From: an uncultured Verrucomicrobiae bacterium
GTDB lineage: Bacteria; Verrucomicrobiota; Verrucomicrobiia; Palsa-1439
Length of the DNA: 64,000 nt
Reading direction: 5' to 3'
Assembly: GCA_963812605.1 (NCBI GenBank)
Contig: CAWEWF010000013.1
Location: forward strand, 1 to 64,000
The position numbers and the translations under genes are program-made. Every line of letters starts with the position of its first letter. Positions within the stretch are counted from its first letter, which is position 1. Shown here piece by piece: positions 21,805-32,046 of this stretch. The notes beneath the pieces are model-generated. The model was not told where the DNA came from and searched no databases. It saw only the letters and a program-made list of their open reading frames with translations.

Positions 21805-23874
21805 ATGATTTTTCGAATCCGGCGGTCATGGGCGCTCCTTGCGGTCGTTTCTTACCTCGCTGCGTTCTCCGGCGGCGGGGCATTCGCGGCTGATGCGGTT
21901 GATCCGCAGCGGCAGGCGATTGATGAAGCGGTGGCGCGGGTGAAGCCGTCACTGGTGCGGATCCAGGTGGTGGCGACGCAGTATTACCAGGGGCGCGAGG
22001 TGAAGTTCGAGGAGAGCGGCAGCGGCGTGATCATCTCGAAGGAAGGGCTCGTGATTACGAACCACCACGTCGCCGGGCATGCGACGCGGATCGTGGTCAT
22101 CCTGCCGAGCAACGAGGAAGTGCCGGCGGAGTTGGTGGGGACCGACGCGCTGGCGGACATTTCGGTGGTGAAACTGAAACCGGACAGCCCGCGGGAGTTC
22201 ACGCCGGTCGAGTTTGGGAATTCGGATTTGATGCGGGTGGGCGACTCGGTGTTGGCGATGGGCAGTCCGCTGGCGATGTCGCAATCGGTGACGTTGGGCA
22301 TCGTGAGCAACATGAAGATGGTCATGCCACAGGCGTTCGCCTCGGCGCGGTTTACGCTGGATGGAGAAGACGTCGGCTCGCTGGTGCGCTGGATCGGGCA
22401 CGACGCGGACATTTATCCCGGCAACTCGGGCGGACCACTGGTGAACTTGAAGGGGCAGGTGATCGGGATCAACGAAATCAGCTTCGGATTGAGCGGGGCG
22501 ATACCCGGCAACCTTGCGCAGGCGGTCGCGCGCCAGTTGACTGAGAAAGGGCGTGTAAGCCGCAGTTGGTTGGGCGTCGAGATCCAGCCGCTCTTGAAAG
22601 AGGACAAGGAAGATCGCGGCGTGCTGATTGGGGGCGTCGTGGAGGATTCGCCCGCGGCCCGGGCGGGGTTCGAATCGGGGGACGTACTGGTGCGGTTGGC
22701 GGGGAAGGATGTGCTGGTGCGGTACGCGGAGGAAATTCCGCTCCTGAACCAGAAGGTGGCGGATTTGCCGGTGGGCCAGGAGTTTGAGGCGATCGTGTTG
22801 CGCGACGGCAAGGAGAAGACGCTGAAGGTGCGCACGACCGAGCGCGAGGCGAGCCAGCCGAAGACGTTTGAATTGAAACAATGGGGAATCACCGTGCGCG
22901 ATATTTCGGCGCTGGCGGAGCGCGAGATGAAATTGAAGAGCCGTGACGGCGTGATCGTGACTTCAGTACGGCCCGGTGGGGCATGCAGTGATGCCAAGCC
23001 GCAAGTCGAGGGAACTGACGTGCTGGTGGAGATCAACGGCACGCCCGTGCGCAACGTGGCCGAGATGCAGGCGATCACCGAGAAAATTACGACAGGCAAG
23101 ACCAAGCCCGTGCCGACGCGCCTCGGGTTTTTGCGCGGGACGGAGCAGTTGCTCACGGTGGTGAAAGTGGGCCTGCAAGAGCTGGAGGACCCGGGGCTGG
23201 AAGCGCAGAAAGCGTGGCTACCGGTCGCGGCGCAGGCGATCACACGGGATTTGGCGGAGCAACTGGGCAGTCCGGGGCTGAATGGCGTGCGCGTCACGCA
23301 GGTGTACACGAATAGCACCGCCGAGAAAGCGGGACTGAAAGTCGGGGACCTGATCCTGGCGCTCGATGGCGACACTATTTCCGCCTCGCAGCCCGGCGAC
23401 GAGGAAATCCTGAATACGATGGTACGTCAATACAAGATCGGCACGACGGCCACGCTGACCGTGATGCGGGGCGCGGACAAATTGAGTCTGCCCGTGGAGT
23501 TGGTGCGCTCGCCGAAACTCGAACGCGAGATGAAGAAATATCGCGACGAGGATTTTGAGTTCACCGTGCGGGACATGACGTTTTTCGACAAGGTGCACGA
23601 GGATTGGGCGGAAGAGCGGCCGGGCGCGCTGGTCACGGAAGTCAAGGACGGGGGCTGGGCGGCGATTGGCCGACTGAATACCGGGGACATTATCACGGCG
23701 ATCGATGGCGAGCCGGTGACGGACGTGATTTCGTTGAAGGAGAAAATGAAACACGTGGCGGCGGAAAAGCGGAAGACCATCGTGGTGCGGGTGGCGCGCG
23801 GGATTCACACGGTCTTTTTGGAATTGGAACCAAAGTGGGACGCACACAAGGAAATCGCGAAAGGAGATCACTAG
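21805..23874 (+). CDS. HtrA/DegP-like serine protease with multiple PDZ domains
   Basis: Catalytic triad motifs TNHHV, DISVVKL and PGNSGGP, followed by several PDZ-like repeats. Confidence 0.9.
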   Translation: MIFRIRRSWALLAVVSYLAAFSGGGAFAADAVDPQRQAIDEAVARVKPSLVRIQVVATQYYQGREVKFEESGSGVIISKEGLVITNHHVAGHATRIVVILPSNEEVPAELVGTDALADISVVKLKPDSPREFTPVEFGNSDLMRVGDSVLAMGSPLAMSQSVTLGIVSNMKMVMPQAFASARFTLDGEDVGSLVRWIGHDADIYPGNSGGPLVNLKGQVIGINEISFGLSGAIPGNLAQAVARQLTEKGRVSRSWLGVEIQPLLKEDKEDRGVLIGGVVEDSPAARAGFESGDVLVRLAGKDVLVRYAEEIPLLNQKVADLPVGQEFEAIVLRDGKEKTLKVRTTEREASQPKTFELKQWGITVRDISALAEREMKLKSRDGVIVTSVRPGGACSDAKPQVEGTDVLVEINGTPVRNVAEMQAITEKITTGKTKPVPTRLGFLRGTEQLLTVVKVGLQELEDPGLEAQKAWLPVAAQAITRDLAEQLGSPGLNGVRVTQVYTNSTAEKAGLKVGDLILALDGDTISASQPGDEEILNTMVRQYKIGTTATLTVMRGADKLSLPVELVRSPKLEREMKKYRDEDFEFTVRDMTFFDKVHEDWAEERPGALVTEVKDGGWAAIGRLNTGDIITAIDGEPVTDVISLKEKMKHVAAEKRKTIVVRVARGIHTVFLELEPKWDAHKEIAKGDH

Positions 23875-23875
23875 G

Positions 23876-24778
23876 ATGAAAAGACAGATCACGTTGATTT
23901 TGTCCCTGACACTCGCGGGGTTTGGCGGATGGACGGTGTTTCCCGCGCAGGCCGAAGACGCCGCGAAATCCGGTCGCGAGATCCTGGCGAAATGCCAGCA
24001 AGCCGTGGTCACGGTGAAATTGGCGATCAAGCAGAGCATGTCGATGGGCGGCCACGATTCAAAATCAGAATCGAAGACCGAGACCACGGGAACAGTCATC
24101 GATCCCTCGGGCCTGACGGTCGTCTCCCTGGCGACCACCGATCCCGGCAGCGCCGTGAAGGATTCCTACACGCGGGCGATGGCCGCCCGCGGCGCAGATA
24201 TGTCGCAGTTCAAACTCGAAAGTGAATTGAGTGATGTGAAGATTGTGCTGGCGGATGGAACGGAGATACCAGCGGAAGTCGTCTTGCGGGACAAGGACCT
24301 CGATCTGGCGTACCTGCGCCCGTCCGATAAACCGGCGAAGCCGCTTCCGTTTGTCGATCTCGCGCAGGATGCGAAGGTCCAGATCCTGGACGAAGTGATC
24401 GTGGTGAACCGGCTGAGCCAGGTGGCCAATCGCGTGCCCGCGGTTTCGATCGGGCGCATCGAGGCCATCGTCGACAAGCCCCGGACATTTTATGTGCTCG
24501 GCCAATCCATGTGGGGTTATGCGCTCGGTTCGCCGGTGTTTTCACTCAATGGCAAACTCGTCGGCATTCTCTTCTTGCGCAGCGCCAAAACGCAAACCGA
24601 GCAATCCAGCGGTTTCATGTTCAGCAACCTCAGCGTGTTCGGCATGATGCCGATTATCCTGCCAGCGTCCGACATCGTCGATGGCGCCAAGCAAGCGTTG
24701 GAAGCCAAGAGCCCGGCACCCGAGGAAAAACCGGCGGCGGAAGAAAAAACGGAGCCGCCCGCCCCCAAGTCGAAGTAG
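23876..24778 (+). CDS. Secreted trypsin-fold protein lacking the catalytic His and Ser (pseudo-protease)
   Basis: GTVIDPSGL, DKDLDLAYLR and GSPVFSLNGKLVGI present; no TNxH or GNSGG. Confidence 0.7.
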   Translation: MKRQITLILSLTLAGFGGWTVFPAQAEDAAKSGREILAKCQQAVVTVKLAIKQSMSMGGHDSKSESKTETTGTVIDPSGLTVVSLATTDPGSAVKDSYTRAMAARGADMSQFKLESELSDVKIVLADGTEIPAEVVLRDKDLDLAYLRPSDKPAKPLPFVDLAQDAKVQILDEVIVVNRLSQVANRVPAVSIGRIEAIVDKPRTFYVLGQSMWGYALGSPVFSLNGKLVGILFLRSAKTQTEQSSGFMFSNLSVFGMMPIILPASDIVDGAKQALEAKSPAPEEKPAAEEKTEPPAPKSK

Positions 24779-25834
24779 TCAGGGTTTGGCTTCGGACAAG
24801 TCAATTTTCGCGGGGTCGGATTGGCCGAGACCGAGGCGATTGGCGGTGGCGATGTGCGTGGCCAGCGGGCGGATCAGTGGCACCCTGGCTTCGCGGCCTT
24901 TGGCTTCGAGGATGTCGACGCAGAGCGAATCGATCGCGACCGGGTCGGCGCTGAAGTAGAGCGCGCCGTAATTCCAGGAGTATCGCGGCTTGAATCCGAG
25001 GCCGCCCGCGTAGCCGGCGATCAATCCATCCATGACGTTCAGGACAATTTTCCCGCGCACTGCGGGCATGTTGCAAATCTCCGCGATCATCGGATCGCCG
25101 TGCTGGCCGACGGTTTCGAAGCGGCGGATATTGTCGACCATACCCAGGGAGAGATTATAGAGACAGCCTGCCATGCCGCATACGTCATGGTCCTGGAGCA
25201 CGGGAACATTGATGAGCTTGGTAATCGTCTCGGTCACGAGCTTTGGCAGATGCGAGCGCTTACTGAGGTCCTGGTCGAAATCCCGGCCGAAAAGCAGGTC
25301 GCCCCAGATAAGTTTGCCGGCGAGATTGTCCTGGAAATAGGCCGTCGCGTCCCAGCCGGTCCCATCGATGATGGACACTTCCTGCATTTGATTGGTCCGG
25401 CCCGTCTTCAGATAGCCCGCGGCGCGCATCTGGATCGGATCGCGGTCGAACACATAAATGTTGGTGGCGCTCACACCGGCGGCCCGCAGTCCCGAGGCAA
25501 TCGCTTCCACCACGGCGCGTCGGGTGGATTGAAGCGGCGCCCGCCTGGGTGTTGATCTTGATGCCGACCACGTCGTTGCTGTTCGCAAAGTGCCGCCAGG
25601 GAGCGGCCTCGTCCTTTTCTCCCGTGAGCGTTTGGATGCCCGCCACGACCATCGCGCGGACCTTGGTCGCGTCGGCGGTGAAGCTGTTCATGGCGCTCGG
25701 ATCACGGACAAGTACGACGCGGCTCTTGGCGACGACAGGAGATGCGGAGTTGGTTCCTTCCGCCTGGACGCGACGCCGAGAAGACAACTCAAGAATGATG
25801 CCGTGAGATTGCGGATGAGAGATCGGTGGCGCAT
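24779..25834 (-). CDS. DUF362-family protein; indels near 25540 and 25770
   Basis: DVVGIKIN, LINVPVLQDH and SADPVAID across frames, with a signal-like N-terminus from ATG 25834. Confidence 0.72.
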
Positions 25835-25854
25835 GGGCAGAAGCTGCCGCGCCG

Positions 25855-27297
25855 CTAGAACTTCATCGCAAGCAGAAACTCGGCGTTGGAACGGGTTTTC
25901 TTGAGTTTTTCCGTGACCAGTTCCATCGCCTCAATCGGCGGCACGCCTGCGAGCGCTTTCCGCAGGATGTAAATGCGATCCAATTCGTCCGGGTGGTAGA
26001 GCAGCTCTTCCTTGCGCGTGCCGCTGCGCTCGACGTTGATCGCGGGGAAGATGCGCTTCTCGACGAGATGCCGGTCGAGACACAGTTCCATGTTGCCCGT
26101 GCCCTTGAACTCTTCAAAGATAACTTCATCCATGCGCGAGCCGGTTTCCACCAGCGCAGTGGCGATAATCGTCAGCGAGCCGCCTTCCTCGACGTTGCGC
26201 GCCGCTCCAAAGAAACGTTTCGGTTTGTGCAGCGCGTTCGCGTCCACGCCGCCCGAGAGGATCTTCCCGGAGTGCGGCTGGAGCGTGTTATAGGCGCGCG
26301 CCAAACGCGTGATCGAATCCAGCAGGATGACGACATCCTTCTTGTGCTCCACAAGGCGTTTGGCCTTTTCCAGCACCATCTCGGCGACCTGCGCGTGGCG
26401 TTCCGGCGCTTCGTCGAACGTTGAACTGATGATCTCGGCGTTGACGGTGCGTTTGAAGTCGGTGACTTCCTCGGGGCGCTCGTCGATCAGCAACACGATG
26501 AGGATCGCCTCGGGATTATTGGTGATGATGGAATTGGCGATTTTCTGCAACAAGATGGTCTTGCCCGTGCGTGGGGGCGCGACGATAAGGCCGCGCTGGC
26601 CCTTGCCGATGGGAGTGAAAAGATCCATGACGCGGGAGTTGATCTCTTCCGACTTCGTTTCCAGGATGAAACGGCTGGTGGGGAAGAAAGGAGTGAGATT
26701 GTCGAACATGATCTTGTCCTTGGCCTTGTCGGGATTGTCCCGATTGACCGCCTCCACCTTCAGCAGCGCGAAGAAACGCTCCTTGTCCTTGGGCGGACGC
26801 ACCTGGCCCGCCACGAGGTCGCCCGTCTGCAGCTCGAAACGCCGAATCTGGGAAGGCGAAACGTAGATGTCCTCGGGGCAGGGGAGATAATTGTACGCTG
26901 GCGAACGGAGGAAGCCAAAGCCATCAGGCAGAATCTCCAGGACACCCTCGCCGAACATCGCTCCGTTGCGCTCGGCGTTCTTCTTGAGGATCTCGAAAAT
27001 GATCTCGTACTTCTTGAGGACCGCAACCGTCTCCACACCGCCGTCGCGCGCCATCTTTTGCAGGCGCGGCATGCTCATGGCTTGAAGATCGGCGAGATTC
27101 AGCGTCTCGCCGGGCGGCAACTCATTGCGAGCGGCGGGCGCCTCGTCCTTTTCGGCCGTGGCCAGGGCGACGCCCCCGCTCTTCTGGGCTTCATCGAGTT
27201 TGGTTTGCGCCTCGACCGCGGTATCAGTCGCTACCGTCTTTGGTTCGTCACTCTTGCTTCCCCCGATTTTTTCGGGGCTAGTTTTTGCTCGGGGCAT
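25855..27297 (-). CDS. rho: Transcription termination factor Rho
   Basis: [35 protein letters not shown]. Confidence 0.98.
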   Translation of the reverse strand: MPRAKTSPEKIGGSKSDEPKTVATDTAVEAQTKLDEAQKSGGVALATAEKDEAPAARNELPPGETLNLADLQAMSMPRLQKMARDGGVETVAVLKKYEIIFEILKKNAERNGAMFGEGVLEILPDGFGFLRSPAYNYLPCPEDIYVSPSQIRRFELQTGDLVAGQVRPPKDKERFFALLKVEAVNRDNPDKAKDKIMFDNLTPFFPTSRFILETKSEEINSRVMDLFTPIGKGQRGLIVAPPRTGKTILLQKIANSIITNNPEAILIVLLIDERPEEVTDFKRTVNAEIISSTFDEAPERHAQVAEMVLEKAKRLVEHKKDVVILLDSITRLARAYNTLQPHSGKILSGGVDANALHKPKRFFGAARNVEEGGSLTIIATALVETGSRMDEVIFEEFKGTGNMELCLDRHLVEKRIFPAINVERSGTRKEELLYHPDELDRIYILRKALAGVPPIEAMELVTEKLKKTRSNAEFLLAMKF

Positions 27298-27904
27298 GGT
27301 AAGTCTCCTTGATGTTCGCCCAAATCATCTCGGCTTGCTGGTGTAACACCACCAACAGGCCATCGTTCCAAATTACAAAATCAGCCCGCTCCATTTTCAT
27401 TGGCAAGGGCCACTGCGCGCGGATGCGCGCGCGCGCCTGTGTCTTGCTTAAACCTTTTCGCGTCAAGCGCGCGAGCTGTGTCGGCTCGCTGCACCCGACG
27501 ACGACGATGCAATCAAATTGTGTTTCTGCCGCGACTTCGTACAGCAACGGAATCGCAACAACCGCAAGCCTGGCTGCGCCTTCGCGTTCCAGCTTCTCGA
27601 TGTACTCCGTCCACATTTTTTCCACTGCTGGATGAACGATGCGGTTCAGCGCCTTACGCTTCTTCTCGTCGGCAAACACGATTTTGCCGAGCTTTGGACG
27701 GTTGATCGTCTCATCTTTGTTCAAAATCTTTGGTCCAAACATGCGAACGACCTCGTCCCAGGTTGGCGTTTTGGGCGCTAGGGCCTGGTGTGCCAACACG
27801 TCGGCGTCGATGCCCACCGCCCCTGCCTGTCGCCAACGGCCAAGGGTCATGGATTTCCCTGTCGCAATACCTCCCGTAAGCCCGACTTTGATCAGCCGTT
27901 TCAT
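27278..27904 (-). CDS. coaE: Dephospho-CoA kinase
   Basis: [24 protein letters not shown]. Confidence 0.95.
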   Translation of the reverse strand: MKRLIKVGLTGGIATGKSMTLGRWRQAGAVGIDADVLAHQALAPKTPTWDEVVRMFGPKILNKDETINRPKLGKIVFADEKKRKALNRIVHPAVEKMWTEYIEKLEREGAARLAVVAIPLLYEVAAETQFDCIVVVGCSEPTQLARLTRKGLSKTQARARIRAQWPLPMKMERADFVIWNDGLLVVLHQQAEMIWANIKETYHAPSKN

Positions 27905-28148
27905 TATCAGGTTTCCGTAACCGAATTCATGGAGATGGTGAACCGATTGAGTGCCAGTGATTCGGGGTAGTTAACTACAAGGAGCCTGGGCAACTTTTGC
28001 CGACGCGCTGAAAGTAACCCCATCGGCTGGCCCCGTCAAGTGCGCAGATTCACTTTTTCATGGTCAGCCGCGGCGGGTCTGGTAACCCTGGGTCGAAATC
28101 GCGCTTTTTCTTTCCCATCGCCGCGAGTTGCGATAGAGTATCGGGTAC

Positions 28149-28703
28149 ATGCATCCCATGCGGCAGGATTTGGAGGAAGTTCTCCTCACCGAAGAGCAGA
28201 TTCAGCACCGACTCGATGATCTGGCAGCGGAGATCCAGCGGGATTACGCGGAGAAGGACCTGACGTTGGTGGCGATCCTTACCGGCAGCGTGATGTTTAT
28301 TGCCGACCTGCTGCGGCGGCTACCGATGCAACTGCGGCTGGATTACATCGGGGTGTCCACCTACCACGGGGAGACCCGTTCGACGGGCGAACTGATCCTT
28401 ACCAAGGCCCTGAAGCTCGACGTACGTGACCGTGACGTGCTCGTCGTGGACGACATTCTTGATACGGGGCTCACCCTCGTGAACATCCGCGCCATGCTCC
28501 AAAAACTGGAGCCACGAAGCGTGAAATTCTGCACCTTTCTCGAAAAGGACATTCCGCACCGCGAGAATTTCCGCGCCGATTACGTCGGCTTTCACATTCC
28601 CAACAAGTTTGTTGTCGGCTACGGGCTCGATTATCGCGAGCGTTACCGGAATTTGCCGTACGTTGGCACATTGCGTCCCGAGGCGATTGCGTCCAGGCTG
28701 TGA
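28149..28703 (+). CDS. hpt: Hypoxanthine phosphoribosyltransferase
   Basis: VLVVDDILDTGLTL, FVVGYGLDY. Confidence 0.95.
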   Translation: MHPMRQDLEEVLLTEEQIQHRLDDLAAEIQRDYAEKDLTLVAILTGSVMFIADLLRRLPMQLRLDYIGVSTYHGETRSTGELILTKALKLDVRDRDVLVVDDILDTGLTLVNIRAMLQKLEPRSVKFCTFLEKDIPHRENFRADYVGFHIPNKFVVGYGLDYRERYRNLPYVGTLRPEAIASRL

Positions 28704-29339
28704 AGATCACCGTTCAGTTTTTCAGCTTCCTCCGTCAACAAACCGGCGAAAATGAATTCACGTTGAATCTGCCGGACGGTTCCACCGTGGCAGATGCCCT
28801 GGCGCAACTACGTAGACCGGTTCCCGCAACTCAAGGAGGCGGAAAAGACGGCGCTCATCGCCGTCGGCTTGGAGTTTGCCACACGATCCAGCCGGCTCCG
28901 TGAGGGCGACGTGTTGTCTTTGATGCCACCGTTGCAGGGCGGGACCGGGCCGTCTACGGATGAACTGCTTCTCACCGAAGAATCGATCGGCGAAGCTGAG
29001 GCGCGATTGGACAAATTCAACGGCACAGTAGGGGGAGTGGTGACGTTTTGGGGAATCGTGCGCAATGAGGAGGACGGGAAACCAATTCGGGCATTGGAGT
29101 ACACGGCCTACCGCGAGATGGCCGAGCACCAGTTTCGCAAGCTGCTCGCCGAGACGCATCAGAAGTGGAAGTTGAAACGAATCCGCGTAATTCATCGCCT
29201 TGGCGTCATCGCCGTTGGCGAGGCGTCGCTATTGGTGCGGGTGGAGGCGGGACACCGCGCCGAGGCCTTTGCCGCAGCGCAGTTCATCATCGACGAGCTG
29301 AAACAGAAGGTGCCGATCTGGAAGAAGGCCGTACTGTAG
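28700..29339 (+). CDS. Fused molybdopterin synthase MoaD-MoaE (MoaX-like); indel near 28815
   Basis: The ThiS/MoaD fold ending MPPLQGG reads in frame into MoaE motifs FWGIVRN, HRLG and LKQKVPIWKK. Confidence 0.82.
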
Positions 29340-29360
29340 CCGTCAGCAGCCGGGTGTCTC

Positions 29361-30077
29361 TCAGCCCCAGTCCTCGAAAATAACGCGTTCCCTGGGCAGG
29401 CCCATGTCGTGGAGCATCTTCGTTGTACCGGCAATAAAATCGTGCGAGCCGCACGAGTAGTAAATTGTCCGATCGGTGTCGGGCGAGAATTTTCTAATCA
29501 TCTCCGGGTTCACGCGACCGCGCAGCCCGGTCCACGATGTATCCCCGGGGGACACGCGCGTGCAAGTGACGAAGAACTGAAAATTCGGGTTGGCGCGGCA
29601 AAGCGCCTCGAACTCATCCTTGAAAATGATGTCGGCAGGGATGCGCACGCTGTAGAGATTCACAACGCGGGTTGGCAGCTTTCTTTGGATCAGGTAGCGC
29701 ATCATGCTCCGATAGGGCGTGACTCCGCTACCGCCCGAAATCAGCATTAAAGGAAATTCAGGATTTGCCGGCAGCACGAATTTCCCCCGGGGCGGAATCA
29801 CTTGCAGCAACGTTCCTTCCTTTGCAATTTCATAGATATGTGCCCCGAAATTACCCATGTGCTTGATGGTGATCTCGAGGAAGCGGCCATCGAGCGGGGA
29901 ATTCGAGAGAGAGTAGGCGCGTCGTGTTTTCGGGTCGTCCAGCAGGCTGACGGTGATGAACTGCCCCGGTTTCCAGTTGGAATCGAAATCTGGTGGTGGT
30001 TCCAGCCGAAAGGTCCGTGTGTCCGGTGTCTCCTGGACGACCTTCGTGACCCGCATGTCGATCAACTGGATCGCCAT
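29361..30077 (-). CDS. FNR-like FAD/NAD(P)-binding oxidoreductase
   Basis: RAYSLS, GGSGVTP, YSCGS, FEDW. Confidence 0.88.
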   Translation of the reverse strand: MAIQLIDMRVTKVVQETPDTRTFRLEPPPDFDSNWKPGQFITVSLLDDPKTRRAYSLSNSPLDGRFLEITIKHMGNFGAHIYEIAKEGTLLQVIPPRGKFVLPANPEFPLMLISGGSGVTPYRSMMRYLIQRKLPTRVVNLYSVRIPADIIFKDEFEALCRANPNFQFFVTCTRVSPGDTSWTGLRGRVNPEMIRKFSPDTDRTIYYSCGSHDFIAGTTKMLHDMGLPRERVIFEDWG

Positions 30078-30082
30078 ACCCG

Positions 30083-31084
30083 TCACTGTACGACATTCTT
30101 GGGTGTACCGGCAACAAACGCCGCGATATTTTCCGCCGTTGTGTCGAGAATTCGTTCCAGCGCTTCCTGGCTGTTGAACGCATTGTGCGGTGTGAAGACC
30201 ACATTTGGCTTCTTGAGGATCAAATGGTTTTGGATCGCAATGCGTAGTTTTTCTGGATTTGCCGCGTCGCCCAGCAGGGCGCTCTCTTCGTAGATCGACT
30301 CTTCACCCTCCAGCACATCCAGGCCCGCGCCCGCAAGAATGCCTTGATCGAGCGCCTGAAGCAGCGCCTCCGTGTTGACGAACCCGCCGCGCGCCGTATT
30401 GATCAGGATGGCGCCACGCTTAATCTGGCGGATGTTATCGCAGTTGATAAGGTGATGCGTGTGACGGTTGTACGGCGCGTGCAGGGTGATGATGTCGGAG
30501 TGGGCCAACAACTCGTTCAACTCGGCGTACTCAAATCCCAGCACCTCGGCCCAAAAACTGTCTCGTTTCACATCGAAAGCCAGTACTTTCATGCCAAACC
30601 CGCGGGCGATGCGAATCACATGCAATCCAATGCGTCCCGCGCCGATAACGCCAATGGTTTTTCCCTTGAGATCGAATCCCCGCAGCCCGTCCAGCGAAAA
30701 ATTCCCCGCCCGCACACGCACGAATGCCTCATGGACCTTCCTCGACAACGCCAGAATCAGCGCAAACGTGTGTTCCGCCACGGTATTCTCGCCATAAAAA
30801 GGGACGTTACATACCGTGATTTCCCGCTTGGCGCATTCCGCCATGTCGATGTGATCGAATCCGGTGGATCGCGTAGCGACCATCCGCAACTTCGGCAATT
30901 TCGCCAGCCGCTTCGCCGTCAACTTCGAATAGATGAATGGCGAGACAATCTCCGCATCTACGATCAACGCGAGATCTTTGTCCTCCAGCACGTCGCGGAA
31001 CGCAGCCAGTTCATGCGCGCTATCCACCCGTCCGCGCAAATATTTTTCTTCCCAGTCATGAAGTTCGAGAAATGCAATCTTCAT
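30083..31084 (-). CDS. D-isomer 2-hydroxyacid dehydrogenase (D-lactate dehydrogenase-like)
   Basis: RSTGFDHID, GAGRIG, INTARG, LDVLEGEE, TPHNAF. Confidence 0.9.
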   Translation of the reverse strand: MKIAFLELHDWEEKYLRGRVDSAHELAAFRDVLEDKDLALIVDAEIVSPFIYSKLTAKRLAKLPKLRMVATRSTGFDHIDMAECAKREITVCNVPFYGENTVAEHTFALILALSRKVHEAFVRVRAGNFSLDGLRGFDLKGKTIGVIGAGRIGLHVIRIARGFGMKVLAFDVKRDSFWAEVLGFEYAELNELLAHSDIITLHAPYNRHTHHLINCDNIRQIKRGAILINTARGGFVNTEALLQALDQGILAGAGLDVLEGEESIYEESALLGDAANPEKLRIAIQNHLILKKPNVVFTPHNAFNSQEALERILDTTAENIAAFVAGTPKNVVQ

Positions 31085-31386
31085 CAAATCGTCCGTGTCA
31101 GTCTGTCTCGCCAGTACCTTGGCCTTCGATGCAAATGGGCGATTGCGACGATGAGAATGCCCGTTGGGCGAACTGAATAAACCACGCCATACGGGAAGCG
31201 GTTGGTGCGGCATCGCCGCGTACGACGTGACAGCTTCTCCCACGCCTGCGGGTGCTTGAGAATGCGTTGAATCGTGTGCGCGATCTCGTTGGCGAACTCG
31301 TCACCCAGCGCTTGTTGTCGAGCTTCGTAATAGTGAACCGCATCTTCCATCTCAGCTCGCGCTGGCGGAAGAAACTGGCAGGTCAT
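31084..31386 (-). CDS. Type II toxin, RelE/ParE family
   Basis: ARAEMEDAVHYYE, RFPYGVVY, IVAIAHLHRRPRYW. Confidence 0.88.
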   Translation of the reverse strand: MTCQFLPPARAEMEDAVHYYEARQQALGDEFANEIAHTIQRILKHPQAWEKLSRRTRRCRTNRFPYGVVYSVRPTGILIVAIAHLHRRPRYWRDRLTRTI

Positions 31387-31616
31387 GGCCGCTTGCGCGC
31401 GCGTAGCTTGCGAAACACCTCGCGCGCGGGGATGGTTTTCATTTCACCGCGTTCGAATGCATCGACGCGGGCTTCTGCCTCGTTAGCCCAGAGGGAATCA
31501 ATTTCCTTCTGATTTGGGTCGTCGAGGCTTCGCAATAATTGCTCGGCCAGCTTCGCCCGCGAACGAGGTGGCAGTTTCAAAGCCACCTTCGTCACTTTTG
31601 CGGTCTGTCTAATCAT
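31383..31616 (-). CDS. Addiction-module antitoxin (TIGR02574-like)
   Basis: ALKLPPRSRAKLAEQLLRSLD...WANEAEAR...IPAREVF. Overlaps the toxin start; TTGAAT-17-TATGGT lies upstream. Confidence 0.88.
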   Translation of the reverse strand: MIRQTAKVTKVALKLPPRSRAKLAEQLLRSLDDPNQKEIDSLWANEAEARVDAFERGEMKTIPAREVFRKLRARKRP

Positions 31617-31795
31617 GGCTCACGCAGCTGTTACCATAACCGAACCGTTAGCCGTATTCAAGAACGGCCACCGATTGGCGTTGTCCTAATTTGGAAAAAG
31701 ATTGTGGAGTTGATGCCGAGAGATAAAATACGCAATCCATACTAGGATGATGAAGCAAGTAGTGATTCCGATCACCCACCCGTTGCGACTAGCAT

Positions 31796-32035
31796 TCATT
31801 TCTTTAAATCCGCCACAATCGACACCCGCACAGCCCTGCGAGGTGAATCCACGGGCGAAATGCCCAAGATCGTCACAACTCGCACCTCGTTGCCAGTATA
31901 GTACACTTCACGCAAGTGCTGGATTTCATTGAGAAGGGTATACAATCCCCGTGTGCCGCGCGGAACAAAATGTATTTTGTCACGCGCCTCCCATTCTGCA
32001 CAGCGTTTCACGAATCTGAGATCTGAAATGGCCAT
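31796..32035 (-). pseudogene. Short ORF, possible GIY-YIG-like nuclease remnant
   Basis: RGLYTLL...VYYTG spacing resembles GIY-YIG. Has an SD (GGAGA), ends early, and sits in AT-richer DNA. Confidence 0.3.
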
Positions 32036-32046
32036 TGGGTCTCCTT

